55,499 bases of DNA from Rubricoccaceae bacterium. Lineage in GTDB: Bacteria > Bacteroidota > Rhodothermia > Rhodothermales > Rubricoccaceae. Location: NCBI GenBank assembly GCA_024639085.1, contig JAHEJB010000001.1:1-55499 (forward strand), read 5' to 3'. Each line of letters begins with the position of its first letter. Position 1 is the stretch's first letter. The notes beneath the pieces were generated by a model. The model ran no database searches. It was not told the DNA's origin and saw nothing but the letters and a program-made list of their open reading frames with translations. Shown here in pieces: positions 47,064-55,499 of this stretch. The position numbers were made by a program, and so were the translations under genes.

Positions 47064-47077
47064 GTGGAAAATTCCAC
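47064..47077. promoter_or_regulatory. inverted repeat GTGGAA-AA-TTCCAC in the nrdJ leader (candidate operator)
   Basis: 6-2-6 inverted repeat about 150 nt upstream of the nrdJ ATG. It overlaps a possible -33 'TTG' (47078-47080), which lies 22 nt upstream of 'TATTATTG' (47103-47110, near the Bacteroidota -7 motif TAnnTTTG). Confidence 0.25.
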
Positions 47078-47226
47078 TTGCGCTCGAAGGAAATCTTCCC
47101 TTTATTATTGTCCCCCGACGCGCCCCAGCTACTAATCGCGGCAGAGGATTATAGACGTGGGTTCGGAGGGATTTTGCGCAGATCGCTCCTTCCCCGGACG
47201 ACATCACCCACACCACCTCTGGAAAT

Positions 47227-50226
<3,000 letters not shown>

Positions 50227-50291
50227 GGGATTCCTGAATAGACATAGCTGGAAATGCTTGGTCCTCGGAAGAGAAACGGGGGCCAATACTG

Positions 50292-51638
50292 ATGGACAAC
50301 ATTGTAATAGACATACTGCCATGGGAGCAGCACTGGGAGATCGACAGCTCCTCCCGACCTTTGAAAGGAGGGCAAGGTAGCGTCAAAAAAGCCCGCAGAA
50401 GATCGGACAAAACACCCGGTGCGCTCAAAGAACTTCACTCCGATCATTCGGGCCAAAGCGAGCGGCGACATCGCATGGCGCGGGAAGTCGAAGTGCTCGC
50501 CCATCTTCAGGTGGCTGGCGTGCCTGCCATTCTCGACCACAACATGGACAGTGTCGAGGAGATAGACACTCCATTGTTTTTCGTCTCGGAATGGATCGAC
50601 GGACCGACTCTTCAAGCAAAAGTTGGTGGACGCCCGGTCCCAATGGAAGAGGCAGCTCGAATAGTGCGCGAGTTGACGAGGATCGTCGGTGAATGTCACA
50701 AGATGGATATCATTCACAGAGACATAAAGCCAGACAATATGATTTGTGAGTCTGGAACCGAGAAGATCTACTTGGTAGATTTTGGATTGGTGCACGCTCC
50801 CAGCCTGCCAAACCAGTATAAAACTGGGACCAGGCAAGAACTAGGAAACAGGTTCTTTCGAATTCCTGATCTGGGTGCAGGCGAGGATAGGCGTGACCCG
50901 CGGACTGACATCACGTTTGTAGTCGGGATCCTCTTTTTTTTGCTGACAGGTAGAGCGCCTAACCACCTCCATGACTCAAACGGAAAGCCTCCCCATAGGA
51001 GGGCCGAACTAGCATTTCCAAAGCACATCTTGGAGGATGTGCGCTGGAGACGCATCCGTTCGATCTTTGATGTAGGGTTTGCCGCGCCGGTTTCCCATCG
51101 TTTCCAAGATGTGAGCAACCTGGCAGAGGAGATTGATGAGGCAATGAGCTATGGAGCTTCCCAGCGGGAACAACAACCTGCGTTCGAAGAGGAGTTGGAT
51201 TTGCTTGTTGAAGCCCGCCAAAGGATAGATGCCGCGATTGATGGGGTTGAGCAGTCATTGATTGAATTAGTGAATTTGCTCGCAACCAACATAGCAGCCC
51301 TCTGCAATCATAATGGTATTAAGCCCGTTCACGCTCAGGCCAAAATGATCCGTCCAGGTCGTGAAGCAAAAATGCTGTGGAAAGTCGCCCAGAGCAACAG
51401 TAGCGAGCCGTACGTTTTCCTAGGACTCTACGCAAAGCTTGAGGGCGAGAACAGCGGTGAGATTTCCATTCGACTGCAGACAGAACCACATGAGCATGTT
51501 GTCTCGGGTACTCATGTTCTCCACCACGGTATGGCTGCCGACACAGACAGAGTCAGGGAAGAGATTGTTGCTCACGCGTCTGAAGCTTTCGCTTTCGCAA
51601 TTAGGCTTTTACGAAATAAGATCGAGCGAAGTACCTGA
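50292..51638 (+). CDS. Hanks-type serine/threonine protein kinase domain + unassigned ~190-aa C-terminal domain
   Basis: G-loop 'LKGGQGSV', 'GALKEL' (catalytic Lys), 'MAREVEVL' (Glu), 'HRDIKPDNM', 'LVDFGL', 'DITFVVGILFFLLTG'. No TM, PASTA, FHA or other known partner domain was recognised in the C-terminal half. Confidence 0.85.
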   Translation: MDNIVIDILPWEQHWEIDSSSRPLKGGQGSVKKARRRSDKTPGALKELHSDHSGQSERRHRMAREVEVLAHLQVAGVPAILDHNMDSVEEIDTPLFFVSEWIDGPTLQAKVGGRPVPMEEAARIVRELTRIVGECHKMDIIHRDIKPDNMICESGTEKIYLVDFGLVHAPSLPNQYKTGTRQELGNRFFRIPDLGAGEDRRDPRTDITFVVGILFFLLTGRAPNHLHDSNGKPPHRRAELAFPKHILEDVRWRRIRSIFDVGFAAPVSHRFQDVSNLAEEIDEAMSYGASQREQQPAFEEELDLLVEARQRIDAAIDGVEQSLIELVNLLATNIAALCNHNGIKPVHAQAKMIRPGREAKMLWKVAQSNSSEPYVFLGLYAKLEGENSGEISIRLQTEPHEHVVSGTHVLHHGMAADTDRVREEIVAHASEAFAFAIRLLRNKIERST

Positions 51639-51797
51639 GATGAACAGATCGCGCGATCATACACTCTCTAAGTCTGAACTGCTTCGCTCAAATTGAAGCC
51701 GGGGAAGCAGTTACCGCTGCACGCCGTCAAGCACGACCAAGTCCAATCCTGAACCTTGCTCGCCAGCCGGCTTGTGCACCGCGCGTGCAGATGCGTG

Positions 51798-52205
51798 TCA
51801 TCCCAGCTGATCGTGGGTGCTACGAACCTCCCGGACGAGCAGCGGAACAAGAATCAGGAAGAGAAGCGCAGTGCCCACGCCCGGCCGGTACGCGCCATTC
51901 GCCAGCGCCCAGCCCAAATGGAACACCCCATTGGTGCCCTCCAAAACGATCCACGCCCAGATCCACGCCATCGCACTGGGCCGTTCGCGCCGCACCACGA
52001 AGAGGTAGCCCGCCAGTCCAACTACGGCAAGGCCAATGTTGATGATCAGAAACCCAACGCGGGGGTCCGAAGGATAGACGAGCGACGTCAGGAATCGCGC
52101 TGGCGCAAGCACCTCCCACAAATGCCCGAGGTACTCTTCCGTCGAGTGCGCCATCTGCGTGAGAACCAGCAGCAGGAAGAGCAGTTTGAGCCGGGCGGAG
52201 ATCAC
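51798..52205 (-). CDS. HXXEE domain-containing membrane protein
   Basis: 'QMAHSTEEYLGHLWE' (HXXEE) followed by three further TM helices. GTG start. Confidence 0.75.
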   Translation of the reverse strand: MISARLKLLFLLLVLTQMAHSTEEYLGHLWEVLAPARFLTSLVYPSDPRVGFLIINIGLAVVGLAGYLFVVRRERPSAMAWIWAWIVLEGTNGVFHLGWALANGAYRPGVGTALLFLILVPLLVREVRSTHDQLG

Positions 52206-52295
52206 GGGGTTGAAGGAGTCGTACCCGCAAACGTAACAACAGACGTGGCCTGACGCTGATATCAGGGTGGATCTTCGACCGGCACGTCAGGTAAG

Positions 52296-52817
52296 ATGAG
52301 AATGATCATCGAAAGATTCAGACATAGGGTCGCGAAAAGCCTTCACGTCATGGCTGCGGTGGTCATGGTGATTCCGCTGTTGATCGGCATTGCGGCGTGT
52401 TCCGAAACGACTGACCTGTCGTTGTCGGCTTCGGATATGGAGGCGATAAACGCGGCTTCGCAAGCCTACGGAACCGCCTGGCTTTCGAACGACCCCGAGT
52501 TAGTGATGGCGACTCTGACTGAGGACGCGGTGATTGTTCCGTCGGGGATGTCCTCCATGCAGGGCAAAGAAGCGATTCGAGCATTCTGGTTTCCCGAAGA
52601 CTCCCCTCCAACCGTCGTGACAGAGTTCACCTCAACAGAGGATGAAGTTGGTGGGCATGGCGACTTTGGCTTCGTTCGGGGGACGTTCACCCTCCAATTT
52701 GAATACGACGGCGCAGAATATTCTAGCGGAGGCACGTATGTGTGCCTGCTGAGGCGCCTCCCGGACGGCTCCTGGAGGATTTCGCACCGCATGTGGAGTG
52801 ATACGCCGCGCGAGTGA
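52296..52817 (+). CDS. DUF4440/SnoaL-like (NTF2-fold) lipoprotein
   Basis: Lipobox 'LIGIAAC'. 'AYGTAWLSNDPELVMATLTEDAVIVPSGMSSMQGKEAIRAFW...GTYVCLLRRLPDGSWRISHRMWS'. Confidence 0.75.
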   Translation: MRMIIERFRHRVAKSLHVMAAVVMVIPLLIGIAACSETTDLSLSASDMEAINAASQAYGTAWLSNDPELVMATLTEDAVIVPSGMSSMQGKEAIRAFWFPEDSPPTVVTEFTSTEDEVGGHGDFGFVRGTFTLQFEYDGAEYSSGGTYVCLLRRLPDGSWRISHRMWSDTPRE

Positions 52818-52837
52818 GTCGTATAAATTTCTGCCGC

Positions 52838-53272
52838 CTACCAAGCGTGAAGCCGGACGAATACAGGCTCGCCGGAGGCAACCGCCTCTTCCGCAGCGAC
52901 CTCGAAGGCTTCTATGACGCTGGAGTGCTCCTCAACAACAACATCCGCTTCCGGGATTTCGGCTGAGCCAGACGTGACCGAGGCACAGGTCACCTTGATG
53001 CGCATGGGCGTATAGATCCCCATCGTAAGTGCGCCTACAAGCTGGTTGAGGAACGTGAGTTCGGTCTCAACAATCGCCACGCCATCTGGGCAGGCAGCAG
53101 CTGCGTCAACCGTCTTGGGAGGCACAAGGCCGTACACCCAACTAGAGGCGAAGGGTTGATCAACAACAACAGGTCCAGGCGGGAGACCCGTTGTGAGCAC
53201 GGTTGCGTGGTAGCATCCTGTAGCAGCGAACGCAACAACGACGAGAAGGAGAGAGAAGCGAAGGGGGACCAT
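52838..53272 (-). CDS. Bor/Iss-family lipoprotein with acidic C-terminal extension
   Basis: Lipobox 'FAATGC'. 'WVYGLVPPKTVDAAAACPDGVAIVETELTFLNQLVGALTMGIYTPMRIKVTCA' matches the lambda Bor core (KTVDAAKICGG...ETQQTFVNGLLGFITLGIYTP...C). About 45 extra acidic residues follow. Start at ATG 53272. Confidence 0.8.
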   Translation of the reverse strand: MVPLRFSLLLVVVAFAATGCYHATVLTTGLPPGPVVVDQPFASSWVYGLVPPKTVDAAAACPDGVAIVETELTFLNQLVGALTMGIYTPMRIKVTCASVTSGSAEIPEADVVVEEHSSVIEAFEVAAEEAVASGEPVFVRLHAW

Positions 53273-53427
53273 GGAACTGTGGGTTAGGTGATTGGGGAGT
53301 TCTGCGGCCATCAATGCCAATAACAACCTACATCCGCCAAGCCGCGAGGATTGACTGCCCGGTCACAGTCTCCCACTCTTGATGGTGAGAACGTGTTGCT
53401 AGAACAGCATCAGTTAACTAGCGTTAT

Positions 53428-53441
53428 TACAAATATTTGTA
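53428..53441. promoter_or_regulatory. perfect 14-bp palindrome TACAAATATTTGTA in the divergent promoter region (candidate operator)
   Basis: Located in the AT-rich gap between the Bor-like gene (minus strand) and the first glycine-zipper lipoprotein gene (plus strand). It is adjacent to and overlaps 'TATATTTA' (53440-53447), a near match to the Bacteroidota -7 motif TAnnTTTG. Confidence 0.35.
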
Positions 53442-53497
53442 TATTTAGCAGCGGATCGATCTCAAGCAAATTCGAGTATTCGTCTGGAGGTGATGTG

Positions 53498-54145
53498 ATG
53501 AACCGTTTTCTTTCTCAAGCTGCCATGAACTTGCTCGCAGCTTCCGTTCTCGCCATCTTTGCTGGCTGCAACCACATGCGGGTCCTCAGCGTGGACTCGC
53601 CGAACTCCTATTCGGAGATCAACCAGCGCGGTGAACAGTCTACGGCACTAGTCACCCTCAACTCAGGCGGGACTGTGTCGGCACGTTCACTTCACTTCGC
53701 ACCAGACGTTGTGACGTGGATGGATCCATGGAGTGGAGAGATGGGCTCCGTACAGACTGCAAATATCAAATCGGTTCAATTCCAGAGTCAAGGCAGTGGC
53801 GCGCTCGAAGGGCTCGGAATCGGGCTAATAGTCGGGGTTGTTGGTGGCACGGTCTTGGGATTGATCACAACCGCAACGGAATCTGCCAATTGCTCCTTTT
53901 TCTGCGGCACCGGCACGAATGTGGCGCTCGGAATCATCGTGGTAGGTGTGCCTAGCTCAGTTATAGGTGGGCTCGCAGGAGCCGCGCGAGGAAGCCGGAG
54001 CGTTTACGTGGTGGAGCCGCGGCACGACAATAGGCCAAGCGATCTGGGGTATGGTATGTCACTTCTAGTACCGGGTTCAATGAGCTATGGGCTACAGATC
54101 CAGTTTCCGCCAGGTCAACCGAGTGCGTCTGGCTATTTCAAATAA
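53498..54145 (+). CDS. glycine-zipper lipoprotein, paralog 1
   Basis: Start at ATG 53498, lipobox 'IFAGC'. N-terminal beta-rich module, then 'GALEGLGIGLIVGVVGGTVLGLI' and 'GIIVVGVPSSVIGGLAGAARGSRSVY'. Confidence 0.7.
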   Translation: MNRFLSQAAMNLLAASVLAIFAGCNHMRVLSVDSPNSYSEINQRGEQSTALVTLNSGGTVSARSLHFAPDVVTWMDPWSGEMGSVQTANIKSVQFQSQGSGALEGLGIGLIVGVVGGTVLGLITTATESANCSFFCGTGTNVALGIIVVGVPSSVIGGLAGAARGSRSVYVVEPRHDNRPSDLGYGMSLLVPGSMSYGLQIQFPPGQPSASGYFK

Positions 54146-54681
54146 TGCCCACCATGAGGCAAGTCATGCATTTCGTTCTCTCCCGCACCGCAGCTAGCGC
54201 ACTAGCGCTCGCCCTGTTTCTCGCATTTTCAGGTTGTACGCAAACGCGAGTGCTAACGCTTTCGAGTCAAGATTCGCGAGACGAAATCAACCTTAGAACG
54301 GCCGGCCGAACAGCCACACTTGTTCTGCGAGACGGATTTCAACAGAAAGTTGAAGGGATCCATATCGCTCCCGACCTAACCTCTTGGATTGACCCGGAAT
54401 CGACCAATCTGCGATCCGCACCAACGGACGACGTTGTTGCCGTGCGATTCATCCGTAGCGGGCATGGTGCTCTGTTAGGATTTGGCGTCGGATGTGCACT
54501 TGCAGCTGTCATCGGAACCGGCATTTTCTATGCGACGAGCGATACCTCAGACCAAAGAGCAAGCGCACTTCTTGGAGGCCCACTCGTTTTTGGCCCCATG
54601 GGAGGCATAGTCGGAGGAATTGGAGGATTTGCCCGTGGAAGCCGAACGGTATACAGAACGTCCTCTGGAGCCAACAACTAG
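54145..54681 (+). CDS. glycine-zipper lipoprotein, paralog 2
   Basis: TAATG overlap with paralog 1, lipobox 'AFSGC'. Motifs shared with paralog 1: RVL, EIN, H(F/I)APD, W(M/I)DP, GAL, ARGSR(S/T)VY. Confidence 0.7.
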   Translation: MPTMRQVMHFVLSRTAASALALALFLAFSGCTQTRVLTLSSQDSRDEINLRTAGRTATLVLRDGFQQKVEGIHIAPDLTSWIDPESTNLRSAPTDDVVAVRFIRSGHGALLGFGVGCALAAVIGTGIFYATSDTSDQRASALLGGPLVFGPMGGIVGGIGGFARGSRTVYRTSSGANN

Positions 54682-54744
54682 AGTCATGAAGCCGCAGATC
54701 GCGGATCCACTTGCCAGCTAATCCGCAAAGCCACGGAATCGATA

Positions 54745-55152
54745 ATGTCCTACTTGCCCGAGAAGAGTTTCACGCGGAACCGAGTCTTTGATGGAATAGG
54801 CATACTCCTATTGTGCTGCACCCTGTCCTTATCCGCCTGTTCGACGTTGAACGCAGAGTTGCTGGAACGGCAGGACGAGAATCTCGCACGCCTTGCAGTT
54901 CTTCGCGCGGAGCATCTGCGGTACCAGGAACTCCGCGATACACCCATTTCGCAATTGAGTCCAGTGGAAGTATCGGAGCGGGGAAGCTTGGCGGCTGTAA
55001 ACGTGCTTCGGTGGCAAGAGATGGATGTAATTGGCGGAGAGCTGGCGGGCATCTACAAGTCCGGGTCCGGAGGTGCAGCTGGTGCTCTCATCGGATTATC
55101 GGCAGTGTGGATCGCAATAGGGGTTGCCGTGGCGGCGTCGTTGGACTTTTGA
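54745..55152 (+). CDS. small lipoprotein with coiled-coil segment and C-terminal Gly/Ala-rich hydrophobic helix
   Basis: Lipobox 'LSLSAC'. 'LNAELLERQDENLARLAVLRAEHLRYQELR', then 'GSGGAAGALIGLSAVWIAIGVAVAASL'. Confidence 0.6.
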   Translation: MSYLPEKSFTRNRVFDGIGILLLCCTLSLSACSTLNAELLERQDENLARLAVLRAEHLRYQELRDTPISQLSPVEVSERGSLAAVNVLRWQEMDVIGGELAGIYKSGSGGAAGALIGLSAVWIAIGVAVAASLDF

Positions 55153-55257
55153 GCGGTGTGATCACACTACATCCTTGATCATATATCTACATGAGAGGCC
55201 TCTCTCCTAAATAATCGACCCTTCAGCGCGAGATCGGTGCGGCTAGGTTTCAATAAA

Positions 55258-55289
55258 AGCGCCCGGCTCTCACGCGAGAGCCGGGCGCT
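55258..55289. terminator. bidirectional intrinsic terminator
   Basis: Perfect 14-bp stem AGCGCCCGGCTCTC / GAGAGCCGGGCGCT with loop ACGC. AAAA lies 5' and TT 3'. It sits between the convergent plus-strand lipoprotein operon and a minus-strand gene. Confidence 0.8.
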
Positions 55290-55323
55290 TCAATTCTGAG
55301 AGCCAGAGTGCTAAGCGAGCAGC

Positions 55324-55499
55324 TTACTTCCGCCGACCGCTTGGGCGCTTGTTCCACTTCTTGTTGCCCTTGTAGCCGCCGCCTTTCTTCTTCCAGTGTG
55401 GGCGGCCGTTGGACTTTTTCGCTCGCGCTGGTGCAACCTCGGCAGATTCTGCTACCGTGGCATCGTCATGATTGAACTCGGGGTATAGTTCACGGGAGA
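55324..55499 (-). CDS. 3' end of a gene extending beyond the window; Lys/Arg/Gly-rich basic tail
   Basis: Minus-strand frame open to the window edge: '...ESAEVAPARAKKSNGRPHWKKKGGGYKGNKKWNKRPSGRRK*', with stop (TAA) at 55324-55326. It is followed by the terminator. Such tails occur on RNA-binding proteins such as DEAD-box helicases, but identity cannot be established from 58 residues. Confidence 0.4.
   Translation of the reverse strand, partial: SRELYPEFNHDDATVAESAEVAPARAKKSNGRPHWKKKGGGYKGNKKWNKRPSGRRK

Noticed and set aside
46811-47226. Cobalamin riboswitch or NrdR boxes upstream of nrdJ
   Set aside because: I found no B12-box or GCCACTG core and no pair of acaCwAtATaTwGtgt-like 16-mers. 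The palindromes present have different arms (CACA/TGTG with a 3-nt centre; GTGGAA/TTCCAC).
51679-51710. Hairpin CTGCTTC...GAAGCAG after the kinase gene as a terminator
   Set aside because: The 7-bp stem has an 18-nt loop, an alternative 5-bp pairing and no U-tract. That is too weak to call.
55156-55167. CRP/FNR-type site, given the many cNMP-binding proteins
   Set aside because: GTGTGATCACAC has the half-sites but lacks the 6-bp spacer of TGTGA-N6-TCACA. No proper CRP-like site was spotted in the promoter regions I read.

Overview
Dense chromosomal window with about 46 protein genes. I saw no rRNA, tRNA, CRISPR array, transposase or integrase. Gene content looks Bacteroidota/Rhodothermota-like: a T9SS C-terminal sorting domain, a CarboxypepD_reg/TonB-type beta-barrel, a propeller+Y_Y_Y sensor kinase, and a small HsdR_N-type protein. 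Many proteins are markedly acidic, which suggests salt adaptation (inference).

Core content, in order:
- Two MltD/SLT lytic transglycosylases.
- A cNMP-sensor/AI-2E/MBL operon.
- A Spy-like gene plus an outer-membrane receptor.
- A sensor kinase and a receiver-cyclase.
- gltA and sdhCDAB.
- An Rne/Rng ribonuclease with a huge charged insertion.
- aroQ, murJ, a NodB-type deacetylase and an LD-carboxypeptidase.
- A nuclease-fold protein followed by a cNMP/CBS/DUF294 nucleotidyltransferase.
- A porin-like OMP, a deoxynucleoside kinase and two convergent phosphofructokinase paralogs.
- A CCA/HD nucleotidyltransferase.
- A T9SS-secreted EEP nuclease/phosphatase, an Fe(III) ABC transporter and PhoD.
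- Class II RNR nrdJ.
- A roughly 5 kb accessory islet: orphan Hanks-type kinase, HXXEE membrane protein, DUF4440 lipoprotein, Bor-like lipoprotein and three glycine-zipper lipoproteins.

No canonical defence or mobile system is recognisable. The best candidates for something undescribed are:
1. A 59-aa ORF below the ORF-track cutoff, upstream of nrdJ. It has 40/59 Asp/Glu and no basic residue, and it carries repeated copies of the SSB C-terminal tip motif (DFDDDI ... DDDF-COOH).
2. A compositionally foreign orphan Ser/Thr kinase with an unassigned C-terminal domain, directly downstream of nrdJ.
3. A dispersed cyclic-nucleotide circuit: a receiver-cyclase with Glu/Gly (guanylate-cyclase-like) specificity residues, three cNMP-binding readers and a candidate MBL phosphodiesterase.
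4. A translationally coupled trio of glycine-zipper lipoproteins with a perfect palindromic operator.

All functional calls come from motif recognition by eye. No database search was possible.
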